Part shown: positions 37,990 to 48,914 of the stretch, piece by piece
Layout: each line of letters starts with the position of its first letter
Position numbering within the stretch: position 1 is the stretch's first letter
Origin: Nitrospirota bacterium
Lineage (GTDB): Bacteria; Nitrospirota; UBA9217
Reading direction: 5' to 3'
Assembly (NCBI GenBank): GCA_963796285.1
Contig: CAWCKW010000013.1
Location: forward strand, 200,409 to 264,408
Length of the DNA: 64,000 nucleotides
Made by a program: the position numbers and the translations under genes
The notes under the pieces: generated by a model
What the model saw: only the letters and a program-made list of their open reading frames with translations
Database searches by the model: none
Told to the model about the DNA's origin: nothing

Positions 37990-38471
37990 TTAGGCGGTCT
38001 TTCGCGTCGATCGAGCTTTTTTTGGCTTGACCTTTGCCTTGGATTTGAGCTTAGATGCTTTACGTTTCTTCGGCGCATGCCAATTAAAGGGGATGGGCTG
38101 AAGCATACTCACGCGGTTACCCTCCGGGTCGATGAACGATACATATTGTCCGACGTTGGGAATTTCCATAGGTTCCCCCAGCACGTTACCCCCCGCGGCT
38201 TGCACTTTCTTGATCGATCTCTTGATATCGTCAACTGCGATAACGATGGACGGATATTGCGCGGGCCAGTCGGGTTTTCTCGGGTAAAAGCCGCCGTTGA
38301 TCCTTCCGGGCTTTTTGGGGCCTTTCCCGCCGGTTTCCGTGGTTGCTGCAGTAACATAATTACCCATCTCCTCGCCAAACATCTGCGTCTTCCAGCCAAA
38401 AGCCGATTTATAGAACTTCGCCATGCGCGCCCGTCGTCTTAAGGCATCTCAAAGTGTACAACGGGATCCAT
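37990..38471 (-). pseudogene. VOC/glyoxalase-family protein with an in-frame TAA, one frameshift near the N-terminus, and a Lys-rich C-terminal tail
   Basis: A strong SD (AGGAGG) precedes the ATG at 38471, which gives MDPVVHFEMP, then TAA (38441-38439), then DDGRA. A 1-nt shift then leads into MAKFYKSAFGWKTQMFGEEMGNYVTAATTE.... The C-terminal tail is PKKRKASKLKSKAKVKPKKARSTRKTA. Confidence 0.6.
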
Positions 38472-38759
38472 AATGTATCCTCCTTGGCATTAATGAGTAC
38501 TTCTCGATTCAACTATATCGCGCAGAGCATTCAAAGTCAACCGCGCTTGAAAGAGGGACTCACGAAGAAATGCACTTTCGGAACCCGAGAAACAAAAAGA
38601 CCGGAAAGATTTTCTCTCCAGTCATAATCGCGCAAGCTGCGCAACTGGTTCAGCACGCCTGTCCTCAGCTACCTGCTTAAGATCCTACTCTAACGACCCA
38701 AGCTGCGAATGCGCGCACGAAGCCCGAAACGTCACCAAAGTTCCGGCACTACAAGCTGA

Positions 38760-39011
38760 CTACGTCCCTTCCTTGACTTCATTGATCTCTTCCGCTACGA
38801 GACCATGAGCCTCCCGATGGACTGCGGCCGCCGCTTCTTTGCTCGGAGCCTCCACCAGACAAAAGGCTTTTCCCGCGCCTTCATCGAACCAGTATTTCAG
38901 GTACTTCACGCCATACTTGCCCTGAACTTCAAGATCTTTCGCATGGGCGCCGGCAATTGCTTTAGCCGTCAATCCAGGTATATTCTTGTGAATATCCAAA
39001 TAAAGTGACAT
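38760..39011 (-). CDS. DUF4242-family small protein
   Basis: 83 aa, MSLYLDIHKNIPGLTAKAIAGAHAKDLEVQGKYGVKYLKYWFDEGAGKAFCLVEAPSKEAAAAVHREAHGLVAEEI.... This matches my recollection of the DUF4242 pattern. Confidence 0.65.
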   Translation of the reverse strand: MSLYLDIHKNIPGLTAKAIAGAHAKDLEVQGKYGVKYLKYWFDEGAGKAFCLVEAPSKEAAAAVHREAHGLVAEEINEVKEGT

Positions 39012-39237
39012 TTTGCAGGTCCTCCTTTCAGGTCATTCTCGTCGGGCGAACCGACGTACTCCCGGAAGCCTTCCATGGAGTTGTTAATATTATAGCACAA
39101 TCAGTGGAAAAGTGGACACAATAGGTCTTCTATTACCTATTAAAGTCCCCATGTTTTTTAGCAGTCTTATCGGGGGGGGCAATGATTGAAGGTGCTACCG
39201 ACGTTGGGACTTTGATGCATTTGGTGCATGCGACAGA

Positions 39238-39271
39238 AGAAAAAAGCCGGCAGAGATATATCTCTGCCGGC
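39238..39271 (-). terminator. Rho-independent terminator after groEL
   Basis: Perfect palindrome GCCGGCAGAGATATATCTCTGCCGGC (39246-39271), followed on the reverse strand by a T-run. Confidence 0.7.
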
Positions 39272-39313
39272 CTTTGTGTTTCAGTTCCTCGTGAAAGGAA
39301 ACTTTTCATTCTC

Positions 39314-40983
<1,670 letters not shown>

Positions 40984-41028
40984 TCAATACGTTGTTTGAT
41001 TCATCCAATACCGTAACCTTCAGGAACC

Positions 41029-41295
41029 TTAGCTCAGAACCCCCAGCACGTCTTCTTCTTTTACGATCAGGTACTCGATATTGTCGAGATTGATCTTGGA
41101 GCCGGAGTAGCGGTCGAAGAGGATCTTGTCGCCAACCTTGAGGGACTTCACATCATCGCCCACGGCCTCAACTTTTCCGCTCTGCGGCTTTTCTTTCGCC
41201 GAGTCGGGAATGTACAGACCTCCCGCGGTCTTCTCCAGTTCCGCTGTGTAGCTTACGAACACCCTGTCTTTCAATGGCTTGAATTTGACACTCAT
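41029..41295 (-). CDS. groES: Co-chaperonin GroES
   Basis: 88 aa, ...KPLKDRVFVSYTAELEKTAGGLYIPDSAKEKPQSGKVEAVG..., immediately upstream of groEL. Confidence 0.92.
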   Translation of the reverse strand: MSVKFKPLKDRVFVSYTAELEKTAGGLYIPDSAKEKPQSGKVEAVGDDVKSLKVGDKILFDRYSGSKINLDNIEYLIVKEEDVLGVLS

Positions 41296-41342
41296 ATGCT
41301 CAACTCCTTTCGTGAATTGTACGTTTTATTATAGCAGAAAAC

Positions 41343-41369
41343 TTAGCACTCGTTTAAGGCGAGTGCTAA
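41343..41369 (-). promoter_or_regulatory. CIRCE operator (HrcA binding site) upstream of groES
   Basis: TTAGCACTC-N9-GAGTGCTAA is an exact match to the CIRCE consensus, about 50 nt upstream of the groES ATG. Confidence 0.9.
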
Positions 41370-41552
41370 TATATGGCTGAGGGCTGAAAAAAGCAAACCC
41401 TAAATTAAGCGATTATAGACAATTCTATCCAGATATTACAGGATTTTGGTAAAAATTGTGGAATTACTGATTTTTTGAAGTAATTTAACAAACCCCGCAT
41501 AAATAGTATCTCTTAGCAAGTTGAACCCGGTTGTTTATTGTCCCCAGCAAGT

Positions 41553-41588
41553 ACAAAAAAGAAAAGCAGGGAAGATATCCCTGCTTTT
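41553..41588 (-). terminator. Rho-independent terminator after ctpA
   Basis: AAAAGCAGGGA-AGATA-TCCCTGCTTTT hairpin, followed on the reverse strand by TCTTTTTT. Confidence 0.6.
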
Positions 41589-41624
41589 CCAATTCATTAG
41601 CCTTTTTCTCTCGAATCTCTTTTT

Positions 41625-42988
41625 CTATTTTCCCGTTTTTGCCGTTGTAGGAATATTCTTGAAAACATCCTCGGCCTTCACTGCTGGCTTGAGTATCTCG
41701 ATGGCCTTCTGTATCTGGATATCGTCTTTCTTTTCTTTCGGCGTGACTTCCATCGTGAAATCGTCTTCAATGGCAGTTCGCAGGCTTTTCTTTTTTCTTC
41801 TCTTCTTTGACCGTATCGTTCTGCAGGTGGCGTTCGAGGTCCTTTTCGCGCACGACCACGTGCAGTGAATCAGTAGTCCCCTCTTTCACCTCTTTTACTG
41901 TAGGCAGTTTCACCTCGATGTCCGGTGTGATGCCCACGTTCTGGATCGAGCGGCCGCTCGGCGTATAATACTTTGCCGTCGTCAGTCGGATGCCACCCCC
42001 GCCCTCGAGGGGGAATACCGTCTGGACCGATCCCTTGCCAAAGGTCTGCGTACCCACGATCACCGCACGCTTTGAATCCTGCAATGCTCCTGCAACGATC
42101 TCGGACGCGCTCGCGCTCCCCGTGTTCACAAGCACGACAATGGGGAATCCCCGGGGCGCTTCCGGTCCGCTTGTGAGAAAGTCCTTCCGGTCGGTCTTCA
42201 GCCTGCCCTGGAGATACACCACGAGCTTATCCTTGGGCAGAAATTTGCTGCTCACGTCCACGGACGCATCAAGGAGCCCTCCCGGGTCATTCCGCAGATC
42301 AAGGACCAGTTTCTTCATCCCCTTTGCCTCCAGGCCCTTCAAAGCCTTTTCGAGCTCCTCGCCGGTCTGCCCCTGGAACTGCATGATCTTGATATACCCG
42401 ATCTCATTGTCCAGCATCTCGGACTTTACACTCATGACCTTGATGACATCGCGAGTGATCTTGAACTCTTTGGGCTTGTCCCATCCTTCGCGGAAGATAA
42501 GGAGACGCACCTGCGTGTTCTTGGGGCCGCGCATCTTGTCCACGGCCTGTTCAATCGTCATGTCCTTGGTCCAGTCATCGTTGATCTTCATGATCTTGTC
42601 GCCTGCTGCGAGACCTGCGCGGAACCCGGGCGTGTCCTCGATCGGCGCGATGATCGTCAGCTGCTGGTTCTTGATCCCGATCTGGATCCCGACACCCTGG
42701 AACTCGCCCTTGATGTCCATGTTCATCTCTTTGAACGACCGCTCGTTCATATAGGATGAGTGCGGGTCGAGGCTCTGGACCATGCCCCGGATGGCGCCCT
42801 GCATCAGATCCTTGGTGTCTGGATCCTCCACGTAGTTGCGTTTGACAAGCTCAAGTGCCTGAGTAAATGCCTTCAGTTCGTCATAGGTATCGGGCTTGGC
42901 CTGCACCAACCCCTGCCCGATCAGGATGCCGGTCAACAGCAGCGATCAGCGCGGCCATCAGAAACTTCTTTTTGTTGATTCGTATCAT
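41625..42988 (-). CDS. ctpA: Carboxy-terminal processing (S41) protease CtpA, frame broken twice
   Basis: The core is 389 aa (PDZ GFRAGLAAGDKIMKIND; S41 GSASASEIVAGALQD). The signal-anchor N-terminus MIRINKKKFLMAALIAA (ATG at 42988, SD GGAGGA) is in another frame. The C-terminus AIEDDFTMEVTPKEKKDDIQIQKAIEILKPAVK... continues in another frame to a stop at 41625. Confidence 0.8.
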
Positions 42989-43146
42989 ATCATCATCCTC
43001 CATATGGTTCTGCATAATAACTCTCCTGAAAAAGTATCAGCAGTAATAGCAATCGGGCATAGTGAAAAATATACCGTGCTTTTGTAAATTTAAACGTAAT
43101 CACATAGGTCCTGAGAAAAGACCATTAAACCTGAAAATGTTCCTGC

Positions 43147-43240
43147 AAAAAAGCTGAGACCGCAAAGGAAAGCAGCCCTTTTGTTCGTAAAAAATCTTTG
43201 CGTATGTTGAGCCTTTGCGGGAGATTTTTTACTTTTTTTG
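43147..43240. terminator. Possible bidirectional terminator between envC and ctpA
   Basis: CCGCAAAGG (43160-43168) pairs with CCTTTGCGG (43212-43220). An A-run lies on the left and T-runs on the right. The loop is long, so confidence is low. Confidence 0.3.
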
Positions 43241-43278
43241 ATCTAAGTGACAGCGACTTTTCAGTATCAATTTCCAAG

Positions 43279-44462
43279 TTACTGCTTCGCCAACCACTGG
43301 AGCGGGTCTTGAGCCTCGCCGTTCCGGCGTATCTCGAAGTACAACTTCAGTCCCTTCAGGCTGCCGGTCTCGCCCGCCAGACCGAGCACCTGGCCTCTGG
43401 CCACCTGGTCCCCTTTGTTCAGATCCAGCCGCGAGAGGTTGCCGTAGAGCGAGTAAAAACCGTTTCCGTGGTCAAGGATCATGAGCTTTCCGTAGCCTTT
43501 GTACCAATCCGCATACGCAACCTCGCCGTCCTGCACCGCTCGAACCGATTCGCCTTCGTGTGCCTGGATCTCGATACCTCTGCGAAAAACCATGGTGCCG
43601 AACTGGGGATGGCGTTGCATGCCAAACCGGGTCAGTACCTGTCCTTCGAGGGGCCAGGGGAGCCGGGTCCTGTCACGATCCGCGGTTTCGTGCCATTGTC
43701 GGGAAGCAGGAGGGACCGCTTTCGCAGCCCTCTTTTCCTGCTCGCCTTTTTTGATCATGGCCCAGAGGCTGGCGGAAGATTCTTCAAGCTCGCGCAGGGA
43801 CTGCTCGTATAGGCCCTTCTCATGCCGCACACTCGCGAGGATAACGGCTTTTTTTTTGTTCCGTGCCTCCAGCGCCGCTTTCGTTGCTGCAATCGCCCGC
43901 TTGCGTGCAAGCATCTCGTTTTTTTTCTCTGCGATCTCCGCCTGACGCATCGCGAGCTTTGTCAGGGCATTGCTGTACTCCCTCATCATAGCCCGGTCAC
44001 GTTCGGCGATAATGCCGAGATACTTGATCCGCTTCAGCGTCTGGCCCAGCCCGTCCGGAGAAAGTATTGCAACTGCATACCCGCTCCGGCTCAACTTGTA
44101 GAGCGCCCGGAGCCTCTGGCTGTAATTCTCCTTAAGCGCGGCAAGCTCGCGGTTGAGCACGGCGTTGTTCTGTTCGACCTCCCGAAGGGCCGCCTCGGAA
44201 TCTCGCAGCCGCTGCTGCTGGCCGGTGAGTTCCGCGCTTCCGGTTTGGATGTCCCGGTCGATCGTTTCGAGTTCCGAGAGGATAGAACGCTCTTTGCGGT
44301 CCGCCCGCTGTCAGTTCCTTTTTTTTCTCGCGCATCTCGCGCTTGATACGCTGAAGCTCCTGTTTGTCGGCCGACCGGTCCGCGGCTGCGGAAAAGCCGC
44401 TCAGCCAAAGCGCGATCACAACAACGCAGCAGAAAAACGCGGGTGCCTGTCGTCGTCCCCAT
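43279..44462 (-). CDS. envC: Murein hydrolase activator EnvC-like (coiled coil + M23/LytM domain), frame broken near 44305
   Basis: The C-terminal M23 domain reads GIEIQAHEGESVRAVQDGEVAYADWYKGYGKLMILDHGNGFYSLYGNL. The signal peptide and coiled coil (RRQAPAFFCCVVVIALWLSGFSAAADRSADKQELQRIKREMREKKKELTAG) are in another frame. The exact start is uncertain. Confidence 0.75.
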
Positions 44463-44465
44463 GCG

Positions 44466-45352
44466 CTACTCCAGGAACCTGCCGACTGAGACCAGCCCGC
44501 CCGTAAGACCAAGCACGCCGCCGCCGATAATCATATATGTTACCACCGAAAGCGGTAGGAAGTCCAGCCCATTTGGCCGCGACAGGAAAAGAACGACCTC
44601 CTGCGGCAACGCATAGTACACACCCGCAAGGATGCCGATGGCAAGAGCCGAGCCAAGCATGGAGAGCATCATGCCTTCGATCAGGAACGGCCCCTGGATG
44701 AATCCCCTGGTCGCCCCGATCCACTGCATCAGCTCGATCTCCTGACCCCGTGAGTATAGCGCGAGCCGCACCGAATTGGAGATGATGAACACCACGGTCA
44801 CGCCGAGCAGGACAGCGGTGCCAGTCCGCCATAGGTGATCGCATTGTAAAAGCCTGACAGCACTTCGGCGCCCTGTTTCCCGTAGGACACGTCTTCCACG
44901 CCGGGATAGTCGGATAATTTCCCGGCCAAGGCCTCAAGCCGTTCCGTATCAACAGAACGGCGGTCAAAGGTGATCTCGTAGGAATCAGGCAGCGGGTTCT
45001 CTGCCAGACCCTGGATCAGCGCCTCCTGTCCCTTCAACTCCTTTTTGAACAACAGAAGCGCATGGGCCCTGGATAGATAGGTGACCTTCTTCACGCCCGG
45101 CTCGATCTTGATCCGGTGTTGGATAAAATCCTTCTCATGCTCCGTCAACCCGTCCTTCAGGTACACGGACATCTCAAGACGGTCCCCCATGGAATTCACC
45201 GCAGCCTGAAGGTTCAGGAACACGATCAGAAAAAAGCCCACGATCAACATAGCCATGCTGATCGTTCCCACCGCGAGGAGGTTCACAAGACTGTTGGCGC
45301 GGAGTCCGCGGAAGGCCTCGGCGATAAAGTAGAACAGGCCGTATCCTCTCAC
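44466..45352 (-). CDS. ftsX: Cell division permease FtsX, frame broken by one missing base near 44810
   Basis: The N-part is 184 aa (...AEAFRGLRANSLVNLLAVGTISMAML...). The C-part AVLLGVTVVFIISNSVRLALYSRGQEIELMQWIGATRGFIQGPFLIEG... is in another frame. The total of 887 nt is 2 mod 3. Confidence 0.85.
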
Positions 45353-46088
45353 GGCTCTCTCTCCTCAGCCGCTGTTCCGGCCGTTCCCCCGTCCGGCTTC
45401 AACAGGGGAGGGGATACCGGGCGCTGAAGGTGGCTGCCGTCGTCAATAACCTTACCACCCTCCATGATGATGATCCTGCGCTGCATCTTCCGCACCGTTT
45501 CCCAGTCGTGGGTGGCCACCAGCACGGTTGTGCCCTTCATGTTGATTTCCCTGAACAGACGGAACACCTCCTGGGCACTCTGGGGGTCCAGGTTGCCCGT
45601 GGGCTCGTCGGCAAGCAGCACCTGAGGTTCGTTCACGAGCGCGCGGGCCACGGCGACCTTCTGCTGCTCTCCACCGGAGAGTTTTGGCGGCGTCAAGTGG
45701 CTCTTCTTTTCCATCCCGACCTTCTTGAGCACCTGGTACACACGCCGCTCGATCTCGCCGAAGTCGTGCCCACCACTTTGAGCGCGAGTGCGATATTTTC
45801 AAATATAGTCTTGTGGGAGAGGAGTTTGTAGTCCTGGAACACGAAACCAATATTACGCCTGAGGTAGGGAATGGTCGAGGATTTCAAACGGGAAGTGTTC
45901 ATACCCTGCATGACGATCCGCCCCTCGTCCGCTTGTTCGGCGCAGAAGAGGATCTTGAGCAGGGTGGACTTGCCGGCACCGCTCGGGCCGGTGACGAAAG
46001 CAAACTCGCCTTTGTCCACGGTGAAGCTCACGTCGCGCAAGGCGGGAATACCTTCATAATATTTTGTCACCTGATAAAGCTGGATCAT
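45349..46088 (-). CDS. ftsE: Cell division ATP-binding protein FtsE, frame broken by one missing base near 45767
   Basis: Walker A (GPSGAGKST) lies in the N-part. The ABC signature LSGGEQQKVAVARAL and Walker B (LLADEPTGNLD) lie in the C-part, in another frame. The total of 740 nt is 2 mod 3. Confidence 0.88.
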
Positions 46089-46238
46089 GCATTAGTTCTC
46101 AAATTATAAGCTCCAAATCCCAAATAAACTTCCCCATCGCACTGTCCGGAATTCAAAACAGTTTTAGCGCTTTACATTTGGAATTTTGATAGTATCTGTA
46201 AGTTGCTCTTTATTTTTCTGCAGCTTCCCGCTCGTTCG

Positions 46239-47180
46239 TCAATGTTGTTTTTTCTTAATAGCTTCCTTGACCGCGGAAACGATGTCGCCCGCCGACATGC
46301 CGTATTGCTTCAGAAGCCCTTCCTGATCACCGGAAGTACCGAAGGTATCCCTGACACCGATGCGCACCATCGGGACCGGTGCGGATTCGCAAAGCACCTC
46401 GGCCACGGCGCCGCCCAGACCGCCGATGATCGAGTGCTCCTCGGCGGTCACGATCGCACCGCTGTACTTCGCTGCCGCGATTATGGCGTCAATATCGATC
46501 GGCTTGATCGTGGACATGTTGATCACACCCGCGTCGATCCCTTCTGCCTTCAGCAGGTCGCGCGCCTTGATCGACTCGGCAACCATGATGCCCGTGGCGA
46601 TGATGGCCGCGTCCTTGCCCTGGTTGAAGACGTGGGCCTTGCCGATCTTGAACGTATACCCCTCCCCAAAGAGCGTGGGCACCTTGTTCCTCCCCACACG
46701 AACATAGCAGGGGCCTTGGTATTCGGCCACGGCCTCGATGGCCTGCGTTGTCTCGGGCCCGTCAGCAGGGACGATCACGGTCATGTGCGGGAGCACGCGC
46801 ATCACGGCAATGTCCTCGACGGACTGGTGCGAGCCGCCGTCCTCACCCACGGTAATGCCGGCGTGACTCGCCACAATCTTCACATTCATGTTCGGATAGC
46901 AGATGGACTGCCGCACCTGCTCCCAGGCCCTGCCCGTTGCGAACACCGCAAAGGTGCTCGCGAACGGCAGCTTGCCGGCTATGGCGAATCCGGCCGCCGT
47001 GCCCATCATGTCCTGCTCGGCAATCCCGATATTGAAGAACCGTTCCGGGAACACCTTGGCAAATTTCGAGGTCTTCGTCGAACCCGACAGGTCCGCGTCC
47101 AGCACCACTACATCATCCCTCTTTTTTCCGAGGGCCACCAGCGCGTCCCCGTATGCATCTCTCGTCGCTATCTTCGTCAC
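46239..47180 (-). CDS. Transketolase, C-terminal (pyrimidine-binding) subunit
   Basis: 313 aa, ...RDAYGDALVALGKKRDDVVVLDADLSGSTKT...FFNIGIAEQDMMGTAAG..., typical of the split transketolase B subunit. Confidence 0.88.
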   Translation of the reverse strand: MTKIATRDAYGDALVALGKKRDDVVVLDADLSGSTKTSKFAKVFPERFFNIGIAEQDMMGTAAGFAIAGKLPFASTFAVFATGRAWEQVRQSICYPNMNVKIVASHAGITVGEDGGSHQSVEDIAVMRVLPHMTVIVPADGPETTQAIEAVAEYQGPCYVRVGRNKVPTLFGEGYTFKIGKAHVFNQGKDAAIIATGIMVAESIKARDLLKAEGIDAGVINMSTIKPIDIDAIIAAAKYSGAIVTAEEHSIIGGLGGAVAEVLCESAPVPMVRIGVRDTFGTSGDQEGLLKQYGMSAGDIVSAVKEAIKKKQH

Positions 47181-47197
47181 GTTACCCCCTATAGCTT

Positions 47198-47287
47198 ATT
47201 GCGGATTTCAGATTGCCCCGGCTCTTGCGAAAACGCCGGGACACGCGGAATGCGGATTTAACAGCCCTCCAATCCGAAATCCGCAAT
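47198..47287. repeat. Palindromic element in the spacer between the two transketolase subunit genes
   Basis: ATTGCGGATTTC (47198-47209) pairs perfectly with GAAATCCGCAAT (47276-47287). There is an inner 6-bp hairpin, CCCGGC/GCCGGG, and a third TGCGGATTT word at about 47251. Confidence 0.65.
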
Positions 47288-47289
47288 TT

Positions 47290-48132
47290 TTATTTACACA
47301 CCGTTTCTTCCGACAACTCTTTCAACGCGATCTCGAGTTCGTCCTTCGATGGCGTGGCGCCATGGAACTCCACCTTGCCTTCGAACTGCTTCGAGCCCTT
47401 GCCCTTGACCGTCCGGCAAACAATCACAGTCGGCTTTCCCTTGATTGTTTCAGCCTTGTCGAGCGCAGACGTGATGGCACCCAAATTGTGACCGTCGATA
47501 TCAAGTACTTCCCAGCCAAAGGCACGCCATTTGTCCGTGATCGGCTCTACACCCATCACCTTGGCAACCGGCCCGTCGATCTGGAGCCCGTTATTGTCCA
47601 CGAGCGCGCACAGATTGTCGAGCTTGTAGTGCGCCGCGGTCATGGCCGCTTCCCACACCTGGCCCTCCTGCAGTTCGCCGTCGCCGAGCAGTGCAAACAC
47701 CCGGTTCGGTGTCTTGTCGAGCTTGTGGGCCAGCGCAATGCCGTTCGCCACGGACAGGCCCTGACCCAGCGAACCCGTCGAGATCTCGACGCCCGGCACA
47801 TACTTGCTGTCCGGATGGCCCTGGAGCCGCGAGCCGAGCTTCCGGAGCGTGCAAAGCTCCGCATGCTCGATGAAGCCCGCGTGAGCGAGCACCGTGTACA
47901 GGAGCGGCGCGGCATGGCCCTTCGAGAGGATGAAATGGTCACGTCCCTTCCAGTCCGGCTTCTTCGCATCGTATTTCATCTTATAGAAGTAAAGCGCTGT
48001 CACGATATCAGCCGCGGACAGGCTGCCGCCAGTGTGGCCCGAGCCGCATTCGGTCAGCATCTTCAATATGTCTATCCGAACTCTTCTGGCCCTGTCCGTC
48101 AATGTCTTCAACTGCTCTATTGATGCCGCCAT
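47290..48132 (-). CDS. Transketolase, N-terminal (thiamine-diphosphate-binding) subunit
   Basis: 280 aa, ...GSGHTGGSLSAADIVTALYF...LGDGELQEGQVWEAAM..., the TPP-binding motif GDG-x-EG. Confidence 0.88.
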   Translation of the reverse strand: MAASIEQLKTLTDRARRVRIDILKMLTECGSGHTGGSLSAADIVTALYFYKMKYDAKKPDWKGRDHFILSKGHAAPLLYTVLAHAGFIEHAELCTLRKLGSRLQGHPDSKYVPGVEISTGSLGQGLSVANGIALAHKLDKTPNRVFALLGDGELQEGQVWEAAMTAAHYKLDNLCALVDNNGLQIDGPVAKVMGVEPITDKWRAFGWEVLDIDGHNLGAITSALDKAETIKGKPTVIVCRTVKGKGSKQFEGKVEFHGATPSKDELEIALKELSEETVCK

Positions 48133-48263
48133 GCACTTGTCCTCCTGAGTGGGTCTGAGTAATGAGCAACCACGAAAGATGTACTGTTCACAAAGAAAAG
48201 CGTCCAGTTGATTTTCATACGGGCCGGTCCCACAGGTAGCTGCGGCGCGAAGGTGTTTCGGAA

Positions 48264-48707
48264 CTAGTTATTTTCCCGGTCTTGCTGTTCCTGGGCAAGA
48301 AAGTCCAGGATGATATCGTCGAGACCTTTGTCTTTCACCGGCTCTATGGACGGAGGCGACGGTGGCGGAGTTGGTTGTTTTTCAGTCCGGGCCGGTGAGT
48401 CCGGCGCAGGCGCGGACCCAGTGGATGACGTGTAGGTGGATTCGTGAGGCGCATCATTCAGGTTCAGCTTGCCCTTCAACAGATCCCGGATCATTTGCTT
48501 GTGCTGCTCCATCATCAGCTCGCGTACCACTTCCTCAAGGCAGTCCGCCTTGAGGATATCGGCGTAGCTGGTCTTGCGCGAGGCAAGGATAGCGCCTTGA
48601 AGATATAAGAGAGAGGTTATATATGGATTGTTGGTCCCGCCATCCTCGGTCTGGCAATGGTAGATCTTCGCCTGGAATTTGAAATCGGTGTTGTAGCCCG
48701 TAAGCAT
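48264..48707 (-). CDS. Hypothetical protein
   Basis: 147 aa. The N-terminal ~90 aa look globular (YHCQTEDGG...), followed by a Pro/Ser/Thr-rich linker and an acidic tail. It is the first gene upstream of the transketolase pair. I do not recognise the family. Confidence 0.5.
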   Translation of the reverse strand: MLTGYNTDFKFQAKIYHCQTEDGGTNNPYITSLLYLQGAILASRKTSYADILKADCLEEVVRELMMEQHKQMIRDLLKGKLNLNDAPHESTYTSSTGSAPAPDSPARTEKQPTPPPSPPSIEPVKDKGLDDIILDFLAQEQQDRENN

Positions 48708-48792
48708 AGATGGATATTATACAAAGCCGGGCAGGAAGTTGCAAGCCTTTTTGCTTGACAGCAAAAGAAGGTTAGTGTAACTTTTATCCCGT

Positions 48793-48879
48793 GCCGGCGT
48801 GGTGAAACTGGTAGACGCAGAGGACTCAAAATCCTCCGGGGGCAACTCCATGTCGGTTCGACTCCGACCGTCGGCACCA
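48793..48879 (+). tRNA. tRNA-Leu (anticodon CAA), long variable arm
   Basis: GCCGGCGTGGTGAAACTGGTAGACGCAGAGGACTCAAAATCCTCCGGGGGCAACTCCATGTCGGTTCGACTCCGACCGTCGGCACCA. Confidence 0.9.
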
Positions 48880-48885
48880 ATAAAA

Positions 48886-48914
48886 AGATCGGCTTTTGCC
48901 GGTCTTTTTTGTTT
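48886..48914 (+). terminator. Rho-independent terminator after tRNA-Leu
   Basis: AGATCGGC-TTTT-GCCGGTCT hairpin (one G-U pair) followed by TTTTTTGTTTT. Confidence 0.6.
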
